From positions 3,472,001 through 3,536,000 of the forward strand of contig NC_092347.1 in assembly GCF_963676685.1 (NCBI RefSeq): 64,000 nt of DNA, in the 5' to 3' direction. Of the stretch, positions 1-13,189 are shown one piece after another. Every line of letters begins with the position of its first letter. Positions within the stretch are counted from its first letter, which is position 1. The notes beneath the pieces are model-generated. The model had not been told where the DNA came from. It was given only the letters and a program-made list of their open reading frames with translations, and did not search any database. The stretch is from Mytilus edulis. Lineage: Eukaryota. Position numbers and translations under genes: made by a program.

Positions 1-459
1 TGTCAATAATATAATGCAGACTTACAAATAACACGTTTAAGAGGAATAAACGATCGAAAAATCGTAATATAGTGAAAGATCCCGATCGAGTTATTTCTAA
101 AAAAAATATGATATTGTTATCTTGTTTTCTGTAAAGATGTATATTTATAATGTGCCTGTGAGTATGGGTTGCACATATTTAGCAGCTAGATGAGCAATTC
201 ATTTTTCGCAGAATAAACTTGATATATTGTCCATCAAAAGTTTGCATAAATGTAATCCATAATTTACCACTCAACCACAAGTGGTCCATGTTAATGTATA
301 TAAACACTTTTAAATTAACTGAATTTTCAAATAACTAAGGCTTTTCTACCTCAGGAATAGATAACCTTAGCTGTATTTGGCAGAACTTTTAGGAATTTTT
401 GGTCCTCAATTCTCTTCAACCTCGTACTCTATTTGGCCGTTTAACATTTTTTGATTCAA

Positions 460-503
460 GCGTCTCTGTTGAGTCTTTTGTAGACGAAACGCACGTCTGG
501 CGT
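460..503 (+). ncRNA. Hammerhead ribozyme family X, mutated core, inside repeat ~330-545
   Basis: CTGTTGA replaces CTGATGA; stem II GTCT/AGAC, GAAA and the GTC site are retained. Confidence 0.6.
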
Positions 504-893
504 ATATATAAAATTTGAATCCTGGTATCTATGATGATTTTATTTAAAACAATCTCTGTATATGATGCAAATTTGGATATCTGCAAGAATATTTCACACC
601 AGTCAGCAGATATGAATATTTCAGGAAGGGGTAATCGATATATTTTATTGATTTCCTTCGTCCATATCTTAAACGTCGAAATATGTTTTGCCTTTTAAGT
701 GTTTTGTTATGAGCGTTACTGATCAATAAACTTTTGACGCTCGTCTGACGTACAAAACTGATATCGTGCACACGAGAAGTATGGTTCTAATAACTCCATA
801 GTTTCATTACTGTGCATTACACTAACAGCGCAAACGGCGAAGTTCATTCGATATTAGGAATAAGCAAATAAAATTAACGGTACCAATTTTCTT

Positions 894-937
894 GCACCAG
901 ATGCGCATTTCGACAATACATGTCTCTTCAGTGATGC
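894..937 (-). ncRNA. Minimal type I hammerhead ribozyme, family Y, intact core
   Basis: GCATCA-CTGAAGA-GACA(tgtat)TGTC-GAA-ATGCGCAT-C-TGGTGC. Confidence 0.85.
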
Positions 938-1479
938 TCGTGACCAAAATATTTGAAATCCAAAGCTTATATAAAAGATGAAGAGCTATAACCCAAAAGG
1001 TCCAAAAAGTATAGCCAAATCCGTGAAAGGAATCAAAATCAAAATGTCGAATATATACGTCTCAAGGCTACAAAAATAGAATGACTAATCAACTAGAAAC
1101 TACAACTGAGCATAAAGAAGTTGGAAAGGTACAAAGGACGCAATTAAAGACATGCATGTAGTGTGTGTGTGTGTCTTAAAATGTTTGCCATTTACTTAAC
1201 CATCAGATACTGATTGAATGCTTGATGTTTAACGCCTCTTTTAGCTCTGGTGTAAGTCGCAAGCACTTGCATCTGAAAGAAGGCGGAGTAGTGATGACTT
1301 TGTACTGTCAAAACAACCAGGCTTCGTTAGGACAACTGACAATCCTAGTCTACAAACATTGGACCAGTATCATATAATTAAAACGAATTTGCCACTTCGA
1401 CATCATTTAACTTCTTGTCATAGACAAGTCACCCGTCCCGTCATAATATAATACATGCTGTCGTATATAAGTATCTTAC

Positions 1480-1750
1480 CATTTGGACAGACTGGACAAC
1501 ACCTGTCAGGGTGTTGTACAGAATCTACACATTCCACTATAAAGCAGTCTGCGATAAGACACTGTGGTTGTCCATTCACACAATCACACCATTCACAAGG
1601 AGATACCTTCCAGTGGCTACCTTCTGGATGCATTTGTCCATCCCTGAAACACCCGGATGGTGGAGTCGGTGGATGAGGAAAGGTGAAAGAGTTAACTATC
1701 GTAACTAATACGATTATGATTACACTCCGAACTAATGTCCGTGTATACAT
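1480..1750 (-). CDS. Secreted VWC-domain protein (VWC2/brorin-like), copy A, coding exon 1 only; exon 2 probably lies left of the window
   Basis: Signal peptide, then a 10-Cys VWC domain ending CCPVCPNG. Phase-1 donor G|GTAAG at 1480/1479, the same junction as copies C and D. No matching exon 2 found in 1-1479. Confidence 0.85.
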
Positions 1751-3399
1751 TATAGAACAATTTTGTGAAAAAGAAAACTTATAGAGTTCTTATCAGCACG
1801 TCGTCAGGTCAGGTGTTACAGAAATGATCGTACTAGTGTATGATCCTTGTGTGTGTAAACTAAACGGATTTTATATACAAATACATGTATCTGTAAAAGT
1901 AAAGAAAATTAGTGCTAAATTCATTTTAAAATCGTTCTTTAAACTTTTTTTGAATTTGTACAGTATTACAGCGGCATATATGTACTTCCAGGTTAAAATA
2001 GATCAAAGATATATACCATGACTACAATTTTGGTAGAAAATGAATCTGAAAGCGATGTAAAGGACTTATGAAAAATTCGTATTTTTATCATTTTCAATAA
2101 GTAAACAACTATAAATAGTGAGAATTCCTTGTATTTATACAAATAGTAGTTTTTTTAATTAAAACTATATAACACGTTTTTGTTTTTGTATTAGCATCTT
2201 TTGAAATTTACAGTGTACACCATCGTGTCGCCTTGTCCTATTCAATATATACCTTGCTGTATGAAATCTCATCCGAAGTGAATCATTCAATATTGAAGTG
2301 TGTAGCAGGCTTAATTTTCAATAATTTTAGTTACAGCAAGCATACCAAGTCAGGTAAAAAAATGAAATCACAAAAATACTGAACTCCGCTGAAAATTCAG
2401 AACGGAAAGTCCCTAATCTTATGGGAAAATCAAAAGATAAAACACATTTTGAAATGAATGGACAACATCTGTCATATTCCTGACTTGGTACAGGCATTTT
2501 CTTATGTAGAAAATGGTGGATTAGACCTGGTTTCATAGAGATAAAATCTTTTACTTGCACGACAGTCGCATCAAATTTCACTATATTGAAAACGATGCGT
2601 GAACAAAACAGACATAAAAGATAAAGTTGTCACAACAGGGGTACATCAGTCATCATCTTACCAGAATCTCAATCAGAACAAACACAAACAAATATGTAAC
2701 AAAGAAGCACAACGAAGCATTTATCAAATTAAATATCCACGTTTACTGCTTACTTATTTTTATATTTCATTTCAGTATGTTAATATCAACATATAAAAGA
2801 TTGAAATATTTTAAGTCCTGTCACCGAATGGATAGACTAACATCAACTCTGGTGTAGAATCACGCGTTTGGCGTCAGAATGTAAACGTCACAGGTAGATA
2901 TAAAATAATATTGTCGTTCAAAGTATGTAAAAATCATAATAGAACAATAACATAAAGGCGGGATGTTTAAAGTACAGAGCCACGTCATATGTATCAAAGA
3001 AACACTAGAGGTTTTTTTGTTGCACTTCAGTGTTCTGTTGTTTGATTGTTTTCCCTTTATAGTTGATGTGTTTCCCTCGATTTTAGTTTGTAATCTGGAT
3101 TTGTTTTCTCTGAATTATTTTATGACTTTTGAACAGCGGTAAACGATTGTTGCCTTTGTTTAACGAAATATTATAGAATTTTTTTTTTCAATTTTGAAAT
3201 TATAAGCACCTGCACCGCATCATCTAAACATTTAAAGGTAAAAAAAAAGAACAGGTTATTTTGTTGCTTGCATTTTCTCATGAAATGGCTTAAACAGTTG
3301 TTTTAATGAATAGTTTTTTTCTCCAAATACTTAGTTGAAACTGCCATCACTTTGTAAAAACATAATGAGAATTTTTGAGTTTGTGTTCGATCCCCATTT

Positions 3400-3965
3400 G
3401 AAATGTTTGAATGAAATATTATCAAGTAAACGTTAGGAAAACTTCAAGCAATCAATTATGCAAAACGCAAAATAATAAAACACTGAACTCTGTCAGCAAA
3501 AAAATCCCAAACAAACAAAAAGGGCATAAAGTCAAAGCCAAAAAGAATAACGAAGGACAAGAATACAAACAGAATTACGATAGCACAATAACACAACGAC
3601 GAGATGTATACGTACCGAGCCAAGTCAAATGGAATTATCAAAAATAGACTAAACAGTTAAAGTAATAGTTTACAAAGACCCTAAAACATTAACACTAGAA
3701 CACCCGATTAAGATGATAAACGACGTACATACATAGAATCTATACCCAAAGGTCATCGTGTATTAAGTTGAAGTTGATATGGAAAATTTATCAATAAGGT
3801 CTTAATATCGTCCGATGGACTTTTGAGTTCATCAAATATCATGTCAGATTCTGGTGACGTTTTACAAAGTCTGAATAACAGCTGCAGGTCTTGAATACCG
3901 AGCGAGTTGGGGAAATGTATATCGCATATGCAGATGAGGTTGGTATATTGCTACTAAGGTGGCAA
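3400..3965 (-). mobile_element. Degenerate Penelope-like RT relic
   Basis: Minus strand reads SSNIPTSSAYAIY..QLARYSRPAA near 3885-3957; boundaries approximate. Confidence 0.55.
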
Positions 3966-4194
3966 TATTACTTTTCAAATATCTTTCTATCTTTTTGTAA
4001 TATTGATGCATTTGGTGTTTTTGTGTGAATGTGTGCTTTTAGTAGTGCTGTAGTTCAGTTGATGAAAGTCAGTGATCGCATTTTGCACTGTAATACACAC
4101 CATCGGATAAGTTAAAATGTAATTATGAACAATATCTGGTATAAAAATCTGATCGCTATTTGTCCTTATTATAGGACATCACAGTAGTCCTATT

Positions 4195-4342
4195 CATGAA
4201 ACAATAGAAAATGTATGACGTAACACGAAACAATAGAAAATGTATGACGTAACACGAAACAATAGAAAATGTATGACGTAACATGAAACAATAGGAAATG
4301 TATGACATAACACGAAACAATAGGACATGTATGACGTAACAC
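4195..4342. repeat. 29-bp minisatellite, ~5 copies
   Basis: Unit aaacaatagaaaatgtatgacgtaacacg. Confidence 0.9.
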
Positions 4343-4926
4343 AAGACAGGGATTGATGCATACTGAGTATCATAATCATAATCAACTAAAAGTAGATTTC
4401 ATATGTAAACAAAAAAGAAGAGTAATGCAAGTAAAGCAACGAGGAAATAAGGAGATGCCAATAACAAATAGTCAGTAAATTAAAGTAACGATTTTGCCAA
4501 CACTACGTTAACCTTTAAAAAGTAAAATCATAAAAATACTAAACTCCGAGGAAAATTAAAAAAGGAAAGTCCCAAATCAAATAATTGACACTTAAATTGT
4601 CTCTTGGCAATCAAATTGCAGAAAACCTGCCTAATTGACAAGAATATGTTGTGTGGTGTCTGCCTGATTGAAGTGATTCCCATATACTTGTATTCACATG
4701 TAACATATAATGACGTGTACGTTGTTCAATCACAGAATGTTTCAAATTCTAAGCAAGGACCAAAAAGGCATAAACGCAAGAGAAAATAAGAAGGCCTAAA
4801 AAACTTGCTCAGACAGTTGGGAGTCTTCTGCTCATAAATGTTGTTCGTTTTTGATGCACTCGGTGGCTATATACAGCAGCGTGGTTTAATTTCTATCAAA
4901 CATGATTAAAACATAATAATTGTTGA

Positions 4927-6698
4927 TCAGTTTACATTGACAACTTGAGCTGTAACTGTATTGACCCTGATTTCACACACAGCTCTCTGTGCGGTCATTC
5001 CAAATCCAAATCTGGTCGGACAGTGGCATATAGTGTGGTCATCAATTTGTACAGACTTTCCTGCCTGGATAATTGTGTTTCCTGCGTAACAATTTCTACC
5101 TGCAATCACAAGAATCAAGCTTGAGTAAAGACAGTGAGTAAACGTAAATGTAAAATCAATTGAACAAGGAATAGAATACACATAAAGTGTGAATTTCTAT
5201 ATTCTCAAGCGACAATTAATTTGTGAAGTCCCTACAAATGTAATCAGCTCACGCAACAAAACATGGAACGTTAGAAGAGCTCACCACGAGTAACTGAACC
5301 TTTTTAAAAAGCACAGTCAAATGCATTTAGTAAGGTGCTAATCCATTGGTATTATAACAAAATCTCTTATATTTGAACACAATATGTCATATATACATTA
5401 ATGCGACACATTAATTACGTTACTGTAATAACATTATGTAAATTTATCAAAAGTCCTACAGTATTTAAAATTAAAATAAAATATAGTCAAATGAAAAGAT
5501 TTCAACGAAAATTGTCAGGAATTAAGACAGCACCCTAGGTAAGGTGAAAACAAAGCGGAAGCTAACATTTTGTTGTGTATCATTCTGATGACTCAATATA
5601 TCATAGATCTTTCGTTATACTTGTATGAGCCTCGTTGTAAGTTACGATTCCGTGATATTTTATTTAGATTGCGCACATTTGAACCAATACGTTATCACAC
5701 AAAAACACAGAAATGAGATTCACAAAAATCACAAATAAGTATACTGAATTATGCAAACATTTCGTCGCAAGATTATTTTTGTGAAACTCATCAGTGATAC
5801 ACGTCTTGACACCAAATCAGAAGTAAAATCGCACACAATCTAGGCTAGTAATGAAAAACATTTTTTAAAGGTAGGTATCAGTTCTTTTTAAACATTCTAA
5901 TGAATTCATATTAAATAACTTTCACTGCATTGAAGCTTAACTATCTCATATGATAATTTGTTGGTAATCCCCAGTACAATGTAATTGGAAACCTTAGAAC
6001 AGAGTATATAAATCATTTTCAAGTGCGCATCACTTTAAACATTATCATTGTCGTAAAACTGTTGTTTGACGTCAATAATCAAAATCTTACTGATATGTTT
6101 AAGATCCGGAAAAACAAAGTCTATATCACGAAGTCGTAAAAACCAAATGTTTGAAATTAAGTTTCAGTATTCAACGGTATGCTTCTTTTTTTCCTTTACA
6201 TTTCTAAATATATCTAAAATTTTATTTATCCCTAAAAGCTTTTGCTTTGATGGAAAGCTAGAACCAATTACCCTTCTAGAATAATATACAATTACGGTTT
6301 GAATATAGCCTTGAATGGTACTGTATTTTATACTCTCGAACCATCGAAATTTATAATCAAATAATAGATGAGCATGTATGTTCTGCACTGATTACTTGAA
6401 CTGTTGTATGTCAGATGTAATATAATGCTTGTAACTTAACATTTGAACAAACGAAGCAAAATTTAGTAGGATCATGCACAGCGTCCACACACGTTGGCAT
6501 GAAACAGTCTGCAATCGCGCATATCACTTTGCCTTCATTACAAAAGCAATGCTCGCACGGGGTTGGCTGGAAAGATTCGCCTTCTTTATATAATTAACAA
6601 TCCTTCCTGCACCCAGACACTACGGATATAGACGGTAAAGGATCGACACAATAAACAAGTTGAAGAATAAGGACACTGATTAACAGGAAGTTCGCCAT
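4927..6698 (-). pseudogene. VWC2/brorin-like copy B, pseudogene (exon 1 6440-6698 disabled; exon 2 4927-5099 intact)
   Basis: Exon 1 is collinear with copy C exon 1 (both 259 nt). It has an in-frame TAA at 6594-6596 (codon 35), CC changed to FC, and the donor GTAAGT changed to TTAAGT at 6439. Exon 2 (GRNCYAGNTIIQAGKSVQIDDHTICHC...NVN*) is open with an intact CAG acceptor. Confidence 0.85.
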
Positions 6699-7899
6699 GT
6701 ACCCGAAAGGTTTCAATGTAATGCGCTTGTGAAGTACGAAAAGTCTTATCAGTTGAACGTGATCCACAGTAACGTGAGTTCTCCTGATAATATCTCAGTG
6801 ATTTATTTGTTTTATCGGATATAAATATTAATTGTAATCTACAAATTTGCTTAATAGCTTATTTTTAAAACAAAGAGTTCGTGCTGTTTAAAGTTCGATT
6901 ATTTTTTGTTAGAAATTTGAAAAATTTAAGAGAAATAATTTGAGGGGCTTTTTGATATGCAGAAAAGTGTAGTTACGACGACAACTGGTAGATAGACCTT
7001 TCCCCTATTAGTTGTCTGAAGTAACTGGTCACCACAGCCTTTCCTTTGAATACTGATATCAACGAAAGCCGAGAAGTCTCACCTATAATTCAAAATTCAG
7101 AATTGAGAATTCGGCATTCAGAATTCGGAAATCATTTTTATCAAATGTTTTAACATTCATATTGTAATAATTGATATATGTTGCAATTGTGATATGAAAA
7201 TTATATGCCTATTAACTACTCCACCTTATATAAATATTTTATATATTTTTACTGTCAATATCTATAAGGGGGTTATTTTTCGTCATATCTTTATGTTTTT
7301 GCTGTTTTATGAATCTACCCCTGTAAGTATCCGGGTCAAAATGCCCCCCCTCACCATCTTCCCAACATACACCCCGACGCTGTTTTTCATTCCTTTCTTT
7401 CCATTAACTCCCTCAAATCATGTCCATTACACGATAATATGAATCACAACAAACATATGGAAGACAACACAAAAGAAAAGCTAGCGTTGTATGAAAACAA
7501 GAGATCAAGTGTTGCAAATTATCGGATCATGTTTCGCATATTCGTACCATTAACACGTTTAAACCCGCTGTAATTTTTTGCACCTGTCCTAAGTCAGGAA
7601 TTTGATGTTCAGAAGTTGTTGTTTGTTGATGTGTTTCATAAGTGTTTCTCGTTTTTCGTTATTCATATAGATAAGACCGTTGGTTTTCCCGTTTGAATGG
7701 TATGACACTACTAATTGTTTTGGCCCTTTATAGCTTGCTGTTCGGTATGAGCTAAGGCTTCGTGTTGAAGACCGTACTTTGACCTTTAATGATTAACTTT
7801 TATTAATTTTGACTTAAAATGAGAGTTGTCACATTGGCACTCATATCTCATTCTTATATCTATTGCCACAATAACACCATGACGGAATTGTGTTATTGT

Positions 7900-8445
7900 G
7901 CCTGTGAATGTCCGATTAACGTGTATCCCATATCTATTTAACTGACGTGTTATTGGTACAATCAATGAGTCTTCCAACCTCAAAGCATCACAATGTATGG
8001 GGTCGTAACGGTTGACTAAGTAACATTTATTTTGAAGTTGAAATCATCCTTTCGTATTTTTTACGGACTCCATCACGAGTTGGTTGACCGTTATCGAACA
8101 ACCGTTTCATATATGATATCGAATATGTTCCTAACGTTTTAACTACAATCCTCTTCCCTCTCATGAATGTGACCTACTGAATAAGACTATTTACCGGGTT
8201 TGTAATAACATGAGCAACACGACGGGTGCCACATGTGAAGCAGGATTTGCTTACCCTTCCGGAGCATCTGATATAACCCCCAGTTTTTGGTGGGGTTCGT
8301 GTTGCTTAGTCTTTAGTTTTCTATGTTGTGTCATGTGTACTATTATTTGTATGTTTGTCTTTTTCATTTTTAGCCATGGCGTTGTCAGTTTATTTTCGAT
8401 TTTTGAGTTTGACTGTCCCTTTGGTATCTTTCGCCCCTCTTTAAC
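7900..8445 (+). mobile_element. Degenerate Penelope-like 3' end (RT tail plus ttacccttccggagc repeat)
   Basis: LKSSFRIFYGLHHELVDRY..VS at ~8038-8110, followed by a tail also present at 36070-36420 and 47545-47670. Confidence 0.6.
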
Positions 8446-9346
8446 ATGTATTTAGTTATGATGTTTTTTTTCAGGGTTCGGCTAAATAACGTGTTGTAAG
8501 TATTATTGTTTGTGGTTTGAATTCTGTATGTGTGGTTCATTTCACATATGTCATTATTGTTAGTATGGTCGAGCTAATTTACATTTTACAGGATAAAGTA
8601 TCGTGCTAGGTCAAATCAGTATATCGTGGCCACAGCATAAAATTAATATAACCTTTCAATACCTTCATATTTATGATAATCAATTAGACTAGTATAATGA
8701 AAATAATTGTGAATTTCTGAATCTCGTTTCATATAAATTTCAAGATTACATATACTTCACAACATACGTCAATGTTTGTGATGCCCAGTGCTGTCGTTAA
8801 TGAAGGACGTTAGTTGTTATTTTGCCGTTTATATGTTGTAATGTACTAATATATTATTTATTCATGCGTGCTTTTGTGCTGAGTTTTCATGAGTTTGTGT
8901 TTACTGTATTCCTGTCATGTAGTATTGCTATTTTATCGGTATTTTTTAACTTTGCTATATATGCGGGAGATTTGTCAGGAATATGGCAGTGGTTATCAAA
9001 TATACCATTTCTATATATAATAGCGATTTTTTTGTTGCACTTCAGTGTTTCTGTTGTTCCGTTGTCTTCCTATTATAGTTGATTAGTTTTTCGGTTTTAG
9101 TTTGTAACCCGGATTTGTTTTCTCTACATCGCTTATGAATTTTGAACTGCGGTATAGTACTGTTGCTCTTTTTAATTGCATTGTGAGTGCAGCTGGTAGC
9201 AAGGGCTGTAACGCACAATTTCGGAAAAGATTGGATAGTCGACGAACGTTTCTTGATGCACTCTATAGTTAGATACAGCTGTGTTGTTTAATTACTAGGC
9301 AAATAAATGAAACATAATAACTATTGATAAATCACAACTATTTTAA

Positions 9347-10899
9347 TCAGTTTACACTTTTAACAGTTACACTATCGACCCTGATTGCACACACGGCTCT
9401 CTGTGCGGTCATTCCAAATCCAAATCTGGTTGGGCAGTGGCATGTAGTGTGGTCATCTATTTTTACAGATTTTCCTGCCTGGATAATTGTGTTTCCTGCG
9501 TAGCAGTTTCTACCTGTAATCACAAGAATGAAGCTTGAGGAAAGACATTGCATTAACCTCAATGATACAGCAATCGAAGAAAACATAACATACACAAACA
9601 GGTTTACAGAGCACCTTGCACACAAGAAACGATACAGCTGTAAATAGAAGAGTGCGCCGAGGAACGCACTAAGGGATACACAAAAGCAACTGTTAGGTTT
9701 TATTTTGCAAAAAGCATGCATACCATGAAAAAGCAGTCTTTAACGTGATTTGAAAAGAATCAAATTAGAGAAATTAATAAAAAGAAGCGTAAACCGTACC
9801 CTAATGAGACTGAGACCTTATAACTTAACCGGTGGACATCTATATTGTATCATCGTCATGCTACTGTCGCATAAATGCCAACCCCTCATACTCATTCTAT
9901 ATATACGAAATATCTGACTTTACTCAAATTCAGACTCAAAGTCATCAAATCAATATAATTATTTTCATAAAATGTACAAATTACTTTAAAAATGTTGTAT
10001 ACCACTTCTAAAAACTGTTGTGTACTTGAATTCAGCATTCAAATTGTTAATTGATTAAGATATTAACATTGTTAACATTGAAAAGGCATTTAAGTGTTTA
10101 GAAGAATTATCTTGTCTTTTGCATCAAAGGAAAGCTGGAACAAAAATTTCAATCTTTTTATATTTTTTAAACCGATTTCCCAGATTTTTTCTTGCACGAG
10201 TAACACAACTTGTTACCACATGTGACACATGAACTGCTCATCATTCAATAACAATGAGCTCGAGTTCAACCCGGTGTTTAATGGTGTTCATGTTGCCCCC
10301 ACTCTATGTCGTGGGTTTTAGATTTGTCTTTCTTTTTGGCGTTTTTTTATTTTTGCCATTGCGTTGGTTTTTTTTATTTGTGAGTTTTGAATGTCGCCTT
10401 GATATCTCCAGTCTCCTTTATTATATTTATTTCGAATGTTTGAATTGTTTGTATACAAGCTTAGGGTTATACTGTAGAAAGATTATTTGTATACAAGCTT
10501 AAGGTTATACTGTAGAACGATTATTTGTATACAAACTTAGGGTTATACTGTAGAACGATTATTTGTGTACAAGCTTAGGGTTATAACGAAAGAACAAAAT
10601 GATAATATGTACTAGATGTAATATAATGTTTGTAACTTACCATTTGGACAAACGGAACAACACTTTGTAGGATCACGAACAGCATCTACACACGATGGCA
10701 TAGCACAGTCTTGTATTGCACATAATACTCTGCCTCCATTACAAAAGCAATGCTCGCACGGGGTTGGCTTGAAAGATTCGCCTTCTTTGTATAATTTACC
10801 ATCCTTACTACAACCAGACACTACGGATATAGACGGTAAAGGATCGACACAATAAACAAGTGGAAGAATACAAACACTGATTAATAGAAAGTTCATCAT
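9347..10899 (-). CDS. Secreted VWC2/brorin-like protein, copy C, 141 aa (exons 10641-10899, 9347-9513)
   Basis: Signal peptide, VWC domain, phase-1 GT-AG intron, then RNCYAGNTIIQAGKSVKIDDHTTCHC. This resembles the brorin/VWC2 C-terminal signature CCPxCxNG-xNCxAxxxxIxAGxxVKxDxxTICHC. The spliced frame is open to the stop. Confidence 0.9.
10448..10584. repeat. 39-bp minisatellite, ~3.5 copies, in the VWC copy C intron
   Basis: Unit tttgtatacaagcttagggttatactgtagaa(a/c)gattat. Confidence 0.9.
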
Positions 10900-13189
10900 G
10901 TTTCCGATAGATGTTCGTCTATGTATTCGTGGAGTACGTATAGTCTTATCAGTTAAACGTGATCCACAGTAAATATTTTATATTATCTATCACAGTTACA
11001 TCAGATTTAGATATTTATTTTAAACTATAAATTGGCTGAAATGGCTAATTTTTAAGAGTCCATCGCGGGATAAAGTGCGATAAGTTTATAAGAAATTTGA
11101 AATAATTTCGCTAATTCTACTAACGCGGGTTTTGAAATACAGAAAAGTGTAAGAACAATGCTTAGACCGTAACTATTTATCCGCAACTACTTGACTTTAC
11201 AGCCGTTCCCGTAAATACTGATGTCACAACAGAAAATGTCTGATACCACAAAAGAAAAGTGATTATCGTATGACCACGTTGTCGCAAATGATCGGATCAG
11301 GTATCGCAAATTTCCGAGGGATTTTTTAAATTACAGAAATCTATATATTGCGGAAAATGTCAATTATCTCCCTCCAAACCAGAACTGCATCGAACACATG
11401 ATTCACCAGGTAGAAAGGATACATTATCTTAATTGTAAAATGATTATTTTTCGTTGAATTTTTTAAATTATAAAAATGAGACATACAAATTACAAATAAT
11501 AACTAAAATCATTTACCCCAATCATGTATAGGATCTTTGCTATATAATATCATGATTCAAACAGCACTGTCAGATGCTATATGCACAAACATGCACCCAA
11601 AGTGTGAATTTATGTTTACCAAGTATAGTCTCCACTATAGAGTGCCATGATCGTAACAGCAATGCCAATATTAAACGTCAACCAAGTAGGAAGTCTTCAC
11701 TTTTTTTTTTAAAGTTTCATGTTTCAAACTGTTTATACACGAAATATACTTCAATGTATATATGCTATCACCTCTTTGTTCGCTAGAAGAAACTTTTGTT
11801 TACCAATACGATTACCATGGTGTAAAATGTCAGAAATTTAGAAAGTGGTATAACATTTTATTTCTTTGACATACCCGCTTTCCGTATGTCAGCATTTTAA
11901 TCATAACTATCTTTTGTTTTGCCTAATGTCAAATTGATGAAAAGAGTTTATTTTACATATTATAGTAAGTTAAGTTTGAGCGTTCCTGATGAAGGTAACT
12001 AAAGAAAAGAGATTTGGATGCTAAGTGTGTATTTTGTTTTAAAGCACTAGGTCGATACCGTTGCTGTTAGAATTTTAACCCATATAGTATCATCAGCTCA
12101 GAAGTCAGCGCTTCGATTTTGAAATTATTTACATGAAATCGTTCATAAACTGTGCCAACTCCCTCGGGAAAAGTTACTTTGGTGATTGTTATTTTTAGAT
12201 CTTTTGTGGTCATATAGCTTTTCAACTGTTTCGGTTCGTAAAAAAACCTTCGGATTTCTAACATTCGGCTTTGGACATTCATTCAGAAAAGCGCCTCGGA
12301 CGCATACAATTTGTAAAGTGTTGTTTTTATTTTTATAGTGACTAGTGGCATTTCAATGAGAATGTGCATTTGATAGAAGATATATGGTCATTCAATATAC
12401 AAAAACCTTATAACTACTTGACGAAACAAATACAAACACGCTGTTATTGCTGTCCTCCATCTAAAATTCACAGTGATCAAAGCTTGTTTAAGACGATTTC
12501 TAGCATCAATTGCAGTTGAATTCTTTGCTAGATGTCGTGCTTTGTCAACACTATGATATAAATATAATCTTGTCTAAATACTATGATCATGATAATTGTA
12601 TATACTCTATAACTTATTACAGCATTTTTAGCGTTTGAGAAAAAATTATGAATAAGTAAAATGACAAATAAAATACCAATAAACCTTTATATCATGAAAC
12701 AGCAAAAGAGGTAGGACCAATATTAATTATGTATAGTCGTTTATATTCAAATTCAAGTATGTTTTGGGTACTTTCGATTTGATTTTGCTCAAACGTGATT
12801 TAAATTCTGGAGAAGCTGGTTCTATCTCTTTGATCTACGTTTGTGTAATACGGTTACATATATCATTGTTTTAGTTGTACTCTCGGTTTGTCGTCCGTCA
12901 TACCGATATAAGAGTACAGTGCTAGACTAATTTTTAACGAACGTACTTTTAAGAACACTTAGCTTTTCCTCTGATCATGGTAAAAACAGAAAGGCTAGAA
13001 TTTTTACAATAGATTCGAGACCATGATGAATATGTATTGCTATAATTAAAAAAAAACCGATGAGCGGCAACACGACCCTGACATTAAAATATGACCAAAA
13101 TATAAAATATGCAATCAATTTAAAGAAAAACTGTCGTGATAATGACTGATTAAACGAATTTACGAAGACATATAAATAAGTTTTTATTT

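Noticed and set aside
1455-1708. Plus-strand ORFs opposite VWC exon 1 (likewise 13875-14087, 37680-37898, 49220-49429)
   Set aside because: Antisense shadows of real minus-strand exons.
4156-4385. Two overlapping repetitive ORFs / CRISPR-like repeat
   Set aside because: 29-bp minisatellite without spacers; the ORFs merely translate the repeat.
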